A stretch of 64,000 nucleotides of DNA from Orbicella franksi (GCA_964199315.1 OZ116708.1:21452001-21516000), one strand, 5' to 3'. Positions 51,077 to 64,000 are shown, numbered from the stretch's first letter. Translations and numbers: made by a program. Notes: a model not told the origin generated them from the sequence alone.

Positions 51077-53286
51077 CTTTGTTCGATTCTGACTCGTGAA
51101 GGCTTCTTCACTTTGAGATTGTTTGCTTGCCTTTTGCAGTTTGCCACTTAGATGAGTTCATGATCAATCGTTTATTGGACGGTTTGTAGACAATTTACAG
51201 TGCTCCAAATTGTATCATTTCCCTTGATTTGGAATATTAATCACTTAATGACTATTTACCTTGTGGGCCGGTAAGTAACCCTACTTAGGATTGATTTATA
51301 TGTAAATTGAAGTGGAAAAAATTATGAAAAGTAATGACTTCTGAAGACTAATTAATAATTATTTTTTGAAGTGGCAAGGGAAAGCGGAACATATTAGTCG
51401 GGCATGATAAACACTGTTTGGCCTATTTGAATTCCATGTACTACACTGATTAGTTTCAAACGAGTGAAAACAATTGAGGTCTATGGGAAAATACCAGCTG
51501 TGAAAACAATTGTACACTTACAAATAAACCTCTCCGACTAGTACGTGGTTGAATGATAATTTCTGCGCTTGGGTTAGCATGAAAGATAATCTTTCCCAGT
51601 TTATAAGTTGAAAAAATACTCACAACCACCAGCTTTTTTCCTTTATATAAGGAGTCGAATGATTCTCGCATTTTGATTGGTTCTCACCTACGATCTATTA
51701 GAGGACAGACGCATAGATAACGTCAATATAATATCATTTTTCCTCTGTTTTCTTTTTAAATGGCGGAAGGTTTTAAGCCTTAAGATAATATTTTACGTGC
51801 CTGGGCGAAGGATCAGGTAGAGAAAATGCTTGTCGAGGCTGTGAACAGGTACGAGAACAAGTAATGAGAAAAAAAGGACTTTTCCGGCTCTTTTAAAAAA
51901 TTGCTCGGAAAAAATACTCGAGCACAGTCTCCGTCGGCAGTCGAACGAGACTAAACGAAACACAAAATTGGTCTTGAAATTAGTTCAAGGAAAGAAGGCA
52001 TTGTTTTGCCTCGAATTTAACAAACCCAATAAGCAAAATGTTTATGAGATTAATGTAATTAAAAAGTGCAACTTTTCTCAGTCTCAAAATAATTCTTTAC
52101 TCAGATTGGTGTCAGGAAAGAAACATCACATAAAACACCAAACCTAGCTTTCCAGCGCGAATGTTCCAGTCAGTTTCAGGGCACAGTAGCGAGCAAATTA
52201 AAGCACACTACAGCTCTCGGCCGTCTGTATCGCAGCTAACAATTGTCACCGACACTATATCAAATGCACTTGATAATTTCCAACCACAGAGGACAGAAAT
52301 TTCCAACGTCACTAACTCTCCATTCATTTAACGCTCGAATCGAATGACTTCCAACGCCTATGTCAATGTTGATCACAACCGCAATTCCGAGCGGATTTTT
52401 CAACTTTTTTCAAGGTAACGTCCAGGTTTTTTCGGCTCACGGTGGTGTTCTATGACAAAAACTGACTTGATTTTTCCAGCGTCTTGTATAAGATCAGTAG
52501 ATTTCGCAGTTCAATTCTGCTTTCCCTGTAATTTCTCTTTTCCGGACAAGCGACTCTTGATTCAGGTGTGACAGTGACGTGATTTCCCTGAACCAATCAC
52601 AACTTTTTTCTACGTATAGCAACCAATCAGTTTGCTACATTTTGTACAGATAGTTTTCACTGTCACGCAATAAAAAAAATAAATCGAAAACCATCCAGCG
52701 GAAAAAGCTAAGAAATTGTGATGTAACAGAAAATAACTAAATAAGATACTTCTCCAAGTTTTAGGTCTGTGCGCTTCCCCAAATTTGGATATTCGTCGAA
52801 ATGTTTCGCAGAAATTTACAGAGCCCAGTATGAAAACAGCATATTTTTACGGCAAATCGAGGATATTGTGTTTGTTATCCTTCAAATATTTTTCGCACCG
52901 CGCGCTGTTTTGAAAACTGGTGAATTATTATCTCTCTGAATCCCCAGTTATAGCCGGGGCATTAGGCCTTTGTACATTATGCTTTTAATTCCCTACTGAA
53001 ATGCTCCACCTTAATGCTTCATTTTTTCGACTAAAATGCTCGACTTCCCCCAAAAAAGAGTCACTAAAATGCTCGGTTAATGCTCACACGCAGGGTTTTT
53101 TACATTTTAATAATTTTAATGTTTCAACACAATTCACAGTTCAGAGTGGAAACAAAAATGTATAACCAGTATAACAAGTTAACAACAAACTATGTAATAG
53201 TTTTAAGACACCAAAAGATAATTCTCTAAATGATCTGTTGTTCTGTTAATCCTTTGTCCCCTTTCAGTGATACTCAAGTAAAGAGG

Positions 53287-53721
53287 TTAATCGCAACACT
53301 GGGCGGTCATCAACACCAAATGATGGAATGAAGCCAGTAAACATATTAATGAGAAAGTATTTGATAGGTCGGTTATGATACAAAACATGTTTTCGCCCTG
53401 AGAAGTGAACTTTCGCGTACAATATGTAGTGGTTGAAGAACTAGTCCAACTACATGGGCAGTTGTGGATAAACAGGCGAGTGCTATGTTGGCTTTGGTGC
53501 GAAGCTGTGGTTTGGTTTTCACTGCAACCATCACCAGGATGTTGAGTACAGCGGTGAGAGGACAGGTGAGAGAGTTCACGACCGACGATTCTGACGATTA
53601 ATACAGCATGAAGATCAGGAGAAATGTTTGCGGGATTTACAAGAAAAACGGGAAAACCACAACCAAAGGGTATAGTGTTGAAAGTAGTGTGATTCATCTT
53701 TGCTCGATTCTGGCTCGACAA
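53287..53721 (-). pseudogene. Class A GPCR relic (N-terminus to TM3), paralog of 49985-51076
   Basis: NSLTCPLTAVLNILVMVAVKTKPQLRTKANIALACLST and LLASFHHLVLMTA, split across frames and truncated before the ERF motif. Confidence 0.85.
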
Positions 53722-54199
53722 GGCTTCACTTTGCGTTTGCTGAACATGAATTCATCCTACAAAGCTATTCATTGTCAAAGCAGCATGATGCGAGGGTTAA
53801 TAGGTAGGTTATTGAACTGAAGTTTTTAATTATTCCAAAGCAGTTTGTTTATCGATCTGCAACTAACTTACATTTTGCGAAGCACGCGCTGGACAGCGTG
53901 GTCTCGAACGAAACCAAATTTGGTTTAATTCGTCTTTTTCTTTTGTCGCACAGTACTTCTTAGAACTTAATGAAATTTTCTCTAACAAATAAGCGGTGGA
54001 AAAGACGCAATTAAAGTCAATTGTCGAAAATAATTTGAAATTTGACTGCGTTCAAACATTTTGAATGACAACGGCACGAGACTTGCGATATGCTAACGTA
54101 ATTCAAGCTTGCACGACAGGAAATCAAACGGTTCGGAGCAGAGGTTCCCTCTCGACTCTTACCGAGCAGAAATAGGGCAAAATCTCTGTCTCGTGGGGA

Positions 54200-55010
54200 A
54201 GAGATTACACAACTTGCCATCAGATCTGGTTTGGATGTAGATACCTTTTCTTGATGCCTTGAAAGCATGCCTGAGAAGGAGAGCAAAAGAGATGACAATC
54301 AGGGGTGTCCCAATTAACACACAGCCTCACGCCACTTTTAATGTTAAATGCTTCACAGAGGTGCTGCCATCATACTGTACCGTTTCCATCATCATGATAG
54401 CATCACGAAACTGAGGACTTTAAGATGCTGTGCGGCTTAGGCGGGCAACCAGAGGAAGAGATTTAAAGAGAGCGTCTCTGCTTATCAAGTCAAACGCCTT
54501 AGTGAGGTCTATAAATGCCAGGTTGTCGCTGATCCCTGCACTTATCTTGTAGTTGTCGCAGGACAAAGATCATGTCGATGGTGGATCAATGTCTGTTAGA
54601 CCTAAATCCACACTGAGATTCTGGGTGTGCCGTTTCTGCCAACGTTTGAAGTCTACGAGCACTTTTTGGGCAAACAGCTCCCCGAGGATGACTACAAATA
54701 AAAGATTACCCAGTATTTGTTACATATGCTTTGATCGCCCTCGTTTTTGTGCAGAGTAACAATGGCTGAGTTTCACATGTCCTTTGGCACGGCACCTTCC
54801 TCCCAAAGCGGATTCAACAGTGTTGTATTGCCACACTTGATGACTTTTACAGGGATGGCGTCCTTACATCGTGAATTTACTGAGGGGAGTCTGTCGATAG
54901 CTATCTTTAGATCTTCCCTGGTTGGGGTCTTGTCAAGATAGGACAATACTGGGTTCAGCTTGGGACCCTTGGTTCTCTCTGGCACAAGGGTCGGAGTAGT
55001 GGTCTACCCA
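54200..55010 (-). mobile_element. RTE (BovB-like) LINE reverse-transcriptase remnant
   Basis: Degenerate fragments WEEGAVPKDM, HPESQCGFRSNRSTIDMIFVLRQLQDKC, LAFIDLTKAFDL and GIYIQTRSDGKL; multiple frameshifts. Confidence 0.85.
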
Positions 55011-55492
55011 TCTGTCGATCTGTTTGGGTTTTCCTTCATGATTTCGCCAGATTTTGTTTTTATTGGAGCTGACTTGCTTTGTCTGAGACCAATGGCTTTC
55101 CTGAGACCAACGTAAATTTTTCTGATCACGCCGCCGACTAAACTTAAGAAATAATACTAAAAGTAACTAACTTTCCTGTTCATTCCAGTTGTACAAAAGA
55201 GAAAAGGAAAATACAAAGAGTGGTTGCAAAATATGTTAACAATAATCAAAATCATAATCATAGTAAAACAAAAATACAAGTAAAATAACGATCTCTTAAG
55301 CCCAATCTTGCATGAACAAGATTTTTTATTTTATGATTCATGAAAGAGATCAATGATAATTTGTAGTAAGTCCATCTCTATCTTAAAATTAAGGCACTCA
55401 GAAAGACCGTGAGAGCTCTGTCTGTACTAATCATCAGAACCAAAATTTTCGAGACCGTTTTTCACCGAATCTACTTCACTGCCCCACCAGAT

Positions 55493-56434
55493 CTACGCTG
55501 ATTTACAGCAGTTTAATTGTTTGATCATGTCCTTGGCTGCTTTTCGCACACTTCTGATCCTCCAGCAGTAAAGAATCGGGTTTAGAGTCGAATTTAGGTA
55601 GACAAACGTTATTGCAATGTGTCGAGCAATTTCAATTTGGCTAGCAGTTGTTTGGTTAGATGTCCCGAGCATCACCACAACTGAAATTGGAACATAACAT
55701 ATGATTAATGACACCTGTACCCATATTGCGCTAGAAACTGACTTCTTGTATCGTACTATATTCAGAGAGCCTGCTTTTCCCTTGGGTTGTCCTTGTGTTA
55801 ATGGGTACACTGGAAACCGATGTTGTCGAAGCTTGACAAAAATCGTAGAGTAGGAGAAGACGGAGGTTATAACAGAAAATAATGTAAGCGCAAAGCCTAC
55901 AGTAAAGGCAATACTAGCATTTAAAAAATATATCGATCCAACTGAAATCCCAATCAACCAAAAGCACGTGATAACTGCACGAGCTCGTGGTAATGTTACA
56001 ACTTGTCTGTATCTCAGTCCAGATAACAGGGCTAGGAGTCTATCCACGCTTATTGCGCTGGGTGTAAAGATCGATATCTGACACAAAACAAAGCTTAAAG
56101 CGGTCCATAGTTTACCGATGTAGTAAATAAGTTGCCAGTTCATTCCAGTTGTTACAGGAGACAAAAGGAAAACGGCGTAGAGTGGCTGCGTAATAACGCC
56201 AACACAAAGATCAGTGATCGTCAGACATTGCAACAAAAGTTTCGTTGGAGGATGAAGGGCAGTCTCTTTATGAAGAGCAACAAGAATTAGAGTATTGCCC
56301 AGGGATGCAGTGATGGACAGCAAAATGTTTAAGGTTGAAAGAAATACTCCTATTCCTGTTAGTATTGAGGATTTGCTTGCTTCGTTAACGTTCAGCTCGA
56401 TTGTGGTGTTTTCGGTTACAGTGAAGTTCGCCAT
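55493..56434 (-). CDS. Intronless class A GPCR, 313 aa (cnidarian melanocortin/adenosine-receptor-like orphan group)
   Basis: GNTLIL in TM1, LTITDLCVG in TM2, SVDRLLAL, ICYVP, NSTLNPILYCWR; no Cys at the top of TM3; intact ORF. Confidence 0.92.
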   Translation of the reverse strand: MANFTVTENTTIELNVNEASKSSILTGIGVFLSTLNILLSITASLGNTLILVALHKETALHPPTKLLLQCLTITDLCVGVITQPLYAVFLLSPVTTGMNWQLIYYIGKLWTALSFVLCQISIFTPSAISVDRLLALLSGLRYRQVVTLPRARAVITCFWLIGISVGSIYFLNASIAFTVGFALTLFSVITSVFSYSTIFVKLRQHRFPVYPLTQGQPKGKAGSLNIVRYKKSVSSAIWVQVSLIICYVPISVVVMLGTSNQTTASQIEIARHIAITFVYLNSTLNPILYCWRIRSVRKAAKDMIKQLNCCKSA

Positions 56435-59400
56435 TCTTGTTCACTGGCTCTTGGTTATGGTAAGCGTGGTTATGTTCAAAGGACTTTTATAACGTGTTGT
56501 ACACTAGCAGGTGAGACATTTCCTTTACGTGCATCTTGATTCAGAGTTTTAGAGTGAACACCATTAAGATGACAGCAAACAAATAGTTGTCGGAAGAACG
56601 TTTGACGGACGATCGTTAACGATTCTATAAAACGCCTCCTTTCAATTAAAACGATTCTTTTAACATGCTATTACGTACGTAAAATCTCTGTTGCGGAATT
56701 GACTTTTAAGTGGCGTTGCCTTTTTTTCTCAGTAAGTAGAGACGAATTTAACCAATCATAGTTCGCTCCGCAATCTCATTCTATACACGGCACTTCACGA
56801 TTCTTTCCTACACACGGTACTAAGTGCCATCCATTTATTCAGATGCCATCTGTATTCAGTCCGGAATGACTTAAGTAGCAATTTTACGACATGGTTTATT
56901 CAAGGATATTATGAGTTTTTTCGCTTCCATTTTGAAACTTTTGAAAAATAGTGGTTCCAATACAGCCCAATATGACAGTAAATGGCTTATTCGCGTTTAC
57001 TAGTTTGTTCCACTTTTTGTACTGAAATGAACCTTGAAATTTTCTTCGGCAAAGTAGACTTGTTCTACTTCAACACCTCAACAGGCCAGCAAGGGAAATA
57101 TTGTAAGCACAAAGCACAATTCTAATGGAATACCAGCCAACCAAAATCTTTCTCCTTTTCTCGCCCTATATGTTTAAAAAGGAAACATCTTGAATGAAAA
57201 TATAACGGCCGCAAGTGGAAAAAGGAAATTATCTATAATTTTCAGTTTTTTTGCCATAGAAGTATATGTCTTTAAGGCAGAAATAGTATTTTGTTATGCG
57301 TGCGAAAAACATTTTAACCACCTCTTGCACTCACTTTCGGGTGAAAAATACTCTTCTTTTATGATTCATGAATAAGCTCACCAATCTTGGGCTCATGAAG
57401 AAAATTGCCTAATTATCAATGAGATGCAGTTTTTCGATTATGAATGACATTGTCTAATCAGAACTTTGGGTTTAGCTTGATTGATGGCAGTGATTAGCGC
57501 AAGGAAAATCTCAGGTTATAAAGAACCTCATTTCACCACGCCACTTGAAGAGAATGGCAGTGTTGGAAATCAGTGCTCGCCCACTCGCCAGTGGGAATGT
57601 GAAAAGCATTGGGCGAGTACAAATCATTATCACTGCCCGTTTGGCAGATACGATCTTCATAATAGAGAAATCATTTAACTGTTAACTATTGATAACAACC
57701 ATTTTTTTATTTTCCATTTTGGCAAGAATATCTTTCAACGTAAACTTATCAGTGTTTCTTTACCTGTTTTTGTTTTTTTTGTTTTTTTAGTACACAACTT
57801 ATGAAATATGGCTTCCTGGAAGTGATAACTTACATAACTGTTAAACTTGTATGAAGTGATACTGCTGGTCTGTTGTACTGCAGATTATGCCGACAAGCAG
57901 TTTACTCCAATGTCTCGATTCAAGGGATGTATGCAAACTCGGCAGTGCCACCTGTTCGTTTAGCTTTTTTTCAGTTAAACCTCAGGAAATGTGGAAATTT
58001 TCCCAAGGAGTGTCAAAAGTTGGTGATAAAAACGAGGATAAAACAGTAAAATCGGTCTGTGATCCTAAGGAGCCGACACGTTAATGGAATAGAGCAAGAA
58101 AGCTTGACACGCAAGCTGGGCGTCCGTGATTACGAGATACCATAAAAACGTATGGTTTTTGCATCATTGCAGAATTTTTTTGGAGGAGGGGGGGGGGGGG
58201 GAGGGAAGGGGGAAGGGGGAAGAGACCTTTTCTGAGCACGTGAAATTACACCTGGCGAGTGCATGCATTTTGAGAGTCTCTCGGCCTAATGGCGAATGGT
58301 GTCAAAATTTATTTTCCAACACATAAACGATAAGATTTATAGGCATACGTTAATTTAAGTTATATTTTTATTTTTGACACAAGTGGTCAATCCTAGCTTG
58401 ATCTGTACTCTGTCATTGTGTCATTAGATATTGTTCCATTTCTGTAAATGTCGATTTGACGGAACTAGAACTGCAGCACTGAACCAAGTAGTACACATTT
58501 CAGGTGAAATATAATGAGACTAAAGTATTACTAGAATCAAAGAATATTTTATTCTTTGCTTATCTACAAAATAATTAATGCTTTAAAATGAACACAAGAC
58601 AGAATATCGATCAACAAAAATTTGGGACAAACTGTGAAATCAAACTGAGAGCAAATATACGCGAGTAATTTTGCCTCTTGTTTAACCTCAAAGACTAATA
58701 TGATTCATTTCTGGTCTATTCTTATTGTCAAACTTTTTCCAAATGACGACTATCAATCCCAACAACCACAAAAGCAATCTATCAAGAGAAACTTAAAGAC
58801 ATTTTTGTCCCTGTGGACCATTTTTTGAGAATTTTACTTGTATGAGCCAATTTTCCGCAGAAGGGCTTGAGGAAGCCAGGTTAGAAAGTAATTATTATAT
58901 GACGCGAAAAGAAAAAAAAAATGAGCAGCTTGCGACCATTTCCATGGAAACGGTCCGTTTGGCAAAATTTCGACGACAGTTTATCGTTAAAAGGACATGA
59001 ATTACCACATATGATAGGTACTTTACAGATTTTTAGGACTTATTTATCGTTGTCTTTGTATATAAAAAGACGAATTACAAAGAAAGTGTGTGGAAAAATA
59101 AGACAGTTCTCCCTTTTCAGGAACAATGCCTAGTTAGCTTATTTTAATACAGATTAAGGCTAAATCATCGATCTGTCAAAAATTCAGAGTTACCCGTATT
59201 TTTTACAATAGGTGTTATTAAGATCTGCTTCGTTTGCATGGATGGCATTCATCACGTACATGGCCTTTGTATTTAGGAAGTACTGTATTTAATGAAATTC
59301 AAGCAGCAATAGCCAAACCTTTTGACCTGACGTAAAGACATTTGAAGTTCGGCAGTGCAATACTATGGATGCCGTCACGTCGACACTCATGCTAGATCCT

Positions 59401-60372
59401 TCGTCTTAAAGTTCATGGATTAGCACACTGTTACTTGGGTGCAGCGTTTGCTGTGGCTATATAGCGCAAATCAAGATTTTGGATTTTGATTTCTACCGTG
59501 ATGGAGAGATTACCGGTATGCACACCATGACATAGTTAAGACAGGGGAGTCTTATGAAAACCGACAAATTTCTTTGTTGTATGTTTTTGTTCTCTTTTTA
59601 GGCCTTGACTGTGCACAAAACACAATAGTTGTTTACTCCCCACTGAGGAACTAACCAATAGAAACGTGTTGGTTACGTAATTCATGCATAGAGTATGAGC
59701 GCAAAACAAAAGATTGTGCACGGTCGTGGACCTTCCAACATAAATCTTGCCATCTTTGTTTTCTCCTTTGATGTTTGCCGGGCTTCATAGCCATTTCCCT
59801 CTGTAAAACTACGACCATGTGAAGGAGATTCCTCTCTCTTTCTTCTAGATCTCGGAGAATGACGCCAGGGAACCTTGGCTCGCAACCGGTCGATAAAACA
59901 TAAACATAAAACATTTATTTTAACACGATAAGAATTAAAGCTTTGATTTCGTCGATCGTGTGATCAATCGCCATCCACAACAAGGGAAGTAAGTTTTAAT
60001 GTAGCTCACGCATGACAGATAGGTTTCAACACGCTGCCACTTTGCGCCACCGCGGACAATAATTGCTGCCCTGTGATTAGCCACTAATTTACTGGTGGGA
60101 CATTGCACTGACATTTGCTCGTCACGTACGGGTCAAATTCAAAACTTTTCTCAGGTGACTAACTGGCAATATTTCGCACAGTTTCAGAAACCATCGCGGA
60201 GCATTACTTCATCCTAACAAGCTATTCATTGTCATAGGAGCATAATGTGAGGGCTAATAGGTAGGTTATTGAGCTTAAGTGTTTGATTATCTCAAAGCAG
60301 TTTGTTTATCTGCAACTAGCTTGCATTTTGCGAAGCACGCGCTGGACAGCGTAGTCTTGGATGAAACTATAT

Positions 60373-60846
60373 CCCGGGGGGGGGGGCACTCCCTTTTATG
60401 GGCTATATAGGTATGTGCAGCCCCAAAGGGTATGGTTTTTCAGCCGTTTTGGTCATAAATAGGGTATCGATTTCAGCTGATTTCGGCCATTTTGGGCCAT
60501 TTTGGCCATATCAAGGTTAGGGTATAATTTTTGCACCCTAACCTTGATATGGGTATGTTTTTAAGAAGAAGCCACAATTTCATCATGTAATCAACGAAAG
60601 GCCTTCACAAATTATGTTTACGGTAATTTAACATTGGTCTGAACCAGGGAACTAATTATAACGCAGGTCTGAAACAGGGTTTTGATGTAAGGGTCAGGTA
60701 ATAAATAGGGTTTGTAATTATTGGTTAGGTCATAAATAGGGTAGGGAATATCGCATATTTTGGTCATAAATAGGGTAAGTGTTTTGGGAAGCGGGCCGCA
60801 CATCCCACCCAATTTTTCTGAGAGTACCGCCCCCCCTCCCCCCCCG
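60373..60846. mobile_element. MITE with C/G-rich GGGG.ACTC-type termini
   Basis: Left end CCCGGGGGGGGGGGCACTCCC, right end GAGTACCGCCCCCCTCCCCCCCCG (imperfect inverted); internal TTTTGGTCATAAATAGGGT subrepeats. Absent from the paralogous site at ~53915. Confidence 0.7.
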
Positions 60847-60870
60847 AGCGACATTAACACTATACGAACT

Positions 60871-61105
60871 ACAAAGATCAGTGATCGTTAGACATTGCAA
60901 AAAAAGTTTCGTTGGAGGATGAAGGGAGCTCTCTTTGTGAAGAGCAACAAGGATGAGAGCATTGCCCACTGATGCAGTAATGGACAGCAAAATGTTTAAG
61001 ATTGAAAGAAATACCCCTATTCCTGTTGGGATTGAGGATTTGCTTGCTTCGTTCAGCTCGATTGTGGTGTTTTCGGTTACAGTGAAGTTCGCCATTCTTG
61101 TTCAC
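60871..61105 (-). pseudogene. 5' fragment (TM1-TM2) of a paralog of the GPCR at 55493-56434
   Basis: [75 protein letters not shown]. Homology stops at 60871, 24 nt from the MITE. Confidence 0.9.
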
Positions 61106-61833
61106 TGGCTCTTGGTTATTGTAAGCATGTTGACGCTCAAAGGACCTTTATAATGTGTTTTACACCAGCAGGTGAGATACATCATTTTCGAGTATCTTGA
61201 TTCAGAGTTTTAGAGTGATCACAATAAAGTTGACAGCTAAGAACAAATGGTTGCCGGAAGAATTTTTGGCGGACCATCGTTAACGATTCTATAAAACGCC
61301 TGCTTTCAATTAAAACGATTCTTTTAACATGCTATTAAGCTCGTAAAATCTCTGTTGTTGAATTGACTTTTAAGCGGAGTTTTTTTTTTCTCAGTAATAA
61401 AAGACGCATTTAACTAATTATAGCTCGTTCCGCAATCTCGTTCTATAGACAGCACTTCACAATGCTTTCCTACATACTGTTCCAAGTGCCATTCATTTAT
61501 TGATCCATTTGTATTCAGTCCGGAATGACTCGAGTAGCAATTCAGTAGGAAGCTTTACAACATATTTTATGCTCTTCAAGGAAATCATGAGTTGTTGTTG
61601 TTGTTGTTTTGTTTGGTTTTTTTTGCCTTCTTTTTGAAACTTTTGAAAGTATTTAGTTCCAACACGTACAACCCAATACGACAGTAAATGCCTGATACGT
61701 ACGCATTTAGTAGTTTGATTCACTTTTTGCACTAAAGTGGACCTTGAAATTTCCCTCGGTAAAGCAGACTTTTTTCTTCTTCAGTATGCACTTCAAGAGG
61801 CCGGGAGAGAAAACATTATAAGGAATACGAAAT

Positions 61834-62044
61834 GTAGAAATGACATCAACTCCGAAAAAAACCCGAGTTCCAGATGGGATTTGAATCCAGGACCCTGCTC
61901 AATCTAGCCGGACACTAACCATTTAGCTACTGAAGACTCTATGGTGACCAAGGGTGGTTAGAGCGTCCGGCTAGATCAAGCAGGGTCGTGGGTTCAAATC
62001 TCATCTGGAACTCGGATTTTTTTCCGAGTTGATGTCATTTCTAC
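61834..62044. mobile_element. Palindromic tRNA-derived element (foldback SINE/MITE)
   Basis: Arms 61834-61921 and 61955-62044 are near-perfect reverse complements around a 33-nt spacer. The right arm has A-box-like TGGTTAGAGCG (61955) and B-box GGTTCAAATC (61991). Absent from the paralogous segment near 57100. Confidence 0.8.
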
Positions 62045-63740
62045 TAACAGTTAACAGAGAAAATATTGAAAGTAGAAATCCTACAGTAAGGGATATTCTA
62101 ATAATGATATACTAGTCAACCAAAATCATTCTCCTATTCTTGCCCTCTGCGTTTAAAAAGGAAGAAACTTGAACAAAAATATAATGAACAGGTGAAAAAA
62201 GGAAATTATATATAATTGTCATCTTTTTTTTTTTTTTTGGCCACGCACATGTCTTTTAATCTTTTTTTATGCGTGGGAAAAACATTTTAACTACCTCTTA
62301 CACCCGCTTTCGGCTGTACAATAGTCTTTTTCCTATCACTCATCAATAAGTTCACCATTCTTGAGTCATTAAAAATAAATGAAAAGAAAGTGCTTTTGTT
62401 TTGTACGTCACATTATCCATCCATACGAATCAAAACTTTGGGTTTACCTTGATTGGCAGCAGTGATTAGGGCTAGTAAAATCTCTCGTTATAAAGAACCT
62501 CTTTTCCAGTAACGTCACTTGGAGAGAACGGTCCATTTTTTTCTTACTTACATCAGTTAGATTGATGGACATACGCTAATTAAAGGTTTAGTTTCATTTT
62601 GACACAAGTCGTCAATCCTAGCTTGATCTGTACTCAAACATTGCGTCATTAGATATTGTCCCATTTTTTCGAATACTGATTAGTAATTTATCAAAAGAAA
62701 CTTGTAAACTTTTTTTTGTGGACCATTTTTTGAGAGTTTGACTGGTACAGGCCAATATTCCCCAGTGCGGCTCGAGCAAGCTAGATTAGAAAGTAGTTAG
62801 TTATATAGCGCGAAAAGAAAAAAAATAAACGGCTTACTGCCAGTTTACATGGAAACGGTCCGTATAGCAATATCCCGACGAAACCTTTCCGTTAAAAGAA
62901 CATATCATGATGTTAATAATTTTTACGTAATTTATAGATTTTTAGGATTAATTTATCGTTGTTTTTGTATGTCAAAAAGCAAATTACAAGGAAAGTACTG
63001 TATGTGGAAAAACAAAACTAAGACAGTTTTCACTTTTCAGGAACAATACCTAGTCAGCTTATTTTTTTACAGATTAAAGCATACTCATCGATCTGTTTGA
63101 AATGCGGGCTTAGCGTATTTGTCTCTTTTTGAAGTCCGGCAATGAAAGCCGCCATATTAACATTCATGCTACGTCTTAAAGTTCATAGATTAGCACACTG
63201 TTACTTGGGTGTAGCGTTTGCTGTGGCTAAATAGTGCAATTCTTGATTTTGAATTTGATTCGAAGCGTGATTGAGAGATTAAATACCCTACAAGACAGCG
63301 ATTTCTCTCTCTTTCTGCTCGGAGAGAGACGAGAGGGAACCTCTGCTCGCAACCGATTGATTGTTTGATCGGTCGCCTTCCGCAACAAGGGACGAATAAA
63401 TTATTGACTTTTGACAAGTTTTAATCAGTGTAAGCTACGCTTAACAGATGGGATTCAAACGCTGTCAGCCGTTTGCGCGACTGCCGACAATATCTGCTGC
63501 CCTGTGGTTGGCTACAAAATAACAATTGGCAACACGGTACTGACATGGGTTCGCCACGTACGTATCAAATTCAAAACTCTTGTCTGATATTTTGCTGTTC
63601 GCACGGTTCCGGAAACCATTGCTGTACATTAACAAATCCTAACAAGTTATTCATTGCCATTCGCCGAAAATAAGTAGAAATTTGCAACTGATTGCGTAAA
63701 AACATCTTGCATAACAAAGCATGGCACATACATGCGACTT

Positions 63741-63906
63741 AACAAATTGACGTCAGTTTTACATGCGTCTGTCCTGTTATTGATCATGAATTTCGTCATA
63801 ACATTGTCAAGGTAGCTGTGGATCCGCCGACTACTTTGACAATGTTTTGCCGAAATTCATTGTCAATAACAGGACAGACGCATTAAAAAACTGACATCAA
63901 TTTGTT
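63741..63906. mobile_element. Foldback hairpin repeat
   Basis: AACAAATTGACGTCAGTTTTACATGCGTCTGTCCTGTTATTGA...CATTGTCAA mirrored by TTGACAATG...TCAATAACAGGACAGACGCAT..AAAACTGACATCAATTTGTT; ~75-bp arms. Confidence 0.8.
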
Positions 63907-64000
63907 TTTTGCGATAGCAAATTGTCAAATTGCCCGCTGTCGCTCGTTGACGCATCGCATAAATTATAAATTCATGTGTCTGTCCGCTTATTGACAATAA

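Larger units (their letters stand above)
56200..63660. repeat. Older direct duplication: ~56200-60235 vs ~60871-63660
   Basis: Colinear diverged matches cover the GPCR 5' end and its upstream region (56436-57610 vs 61105-62530; 58375-58860 vs 62598-62760; 58900-59520 vs 62800-63290). The block ~60211-60368 also matches ~53753-53915. Confidence 0.8.

Noticed and set aside
28296-56434. Ligand-receptor linkage between the BRICHOS peptides and the neighbouring GPCRs
   Set aside because: Proximity is the only support. GPCR clusters are common in such genomes, and the duplications involve the two groups separately.
61955-62010. Functional tRNA gene
   Set aside because: No complete acceptor stem is evident, and it is one arm of a palindromic insertion absent from the paralogous segment.

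Overview
Eukaryotic genomic DNA, most likely from a scleractinian coral or other anthozoan; this is inferred from the repeat families and GPCR types, not proven. There are no prokaryotic features. Bases ~1.7-39.6 kb are three tandem copies of a ~12.3-12.8 kb unit. Each copy carries (i) an intact six-coding-exon minus-strand gene for a secreted precursor (signal peptide + BRICHOS domain + basic processing sites + C-terminal Cys-symmetric beta-hairpin peptide), (ii) a head-to-head, internally deleted paralog that keeps only promoter, exon 1 and a frameshifted peptide exon, and (iii) a DIRS-type retroelement remnant. The ORF track misses the gene because it is spliced; I assembled it by hand from GT-AG sites with consistent phases. 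The peptide exon is hypervariable: three different peptides share one Cys frame, while the flanking intron and 3' UTR stay conserved. This matches the architecture of the annelid BRICHOS antimicrobial-peptide precursors (arenicin type) and is the main candidate for an undescribed system. Bases ~39.6-64 kb are TE-rich and hold a birth-and-death cluster of intronless class A GPCRs (2 intact, 3 relics), plus L1/Tx1 and RTE LINE remnants, MITEs, a SINE and palindromic elements. All identities and counts were made by eye.
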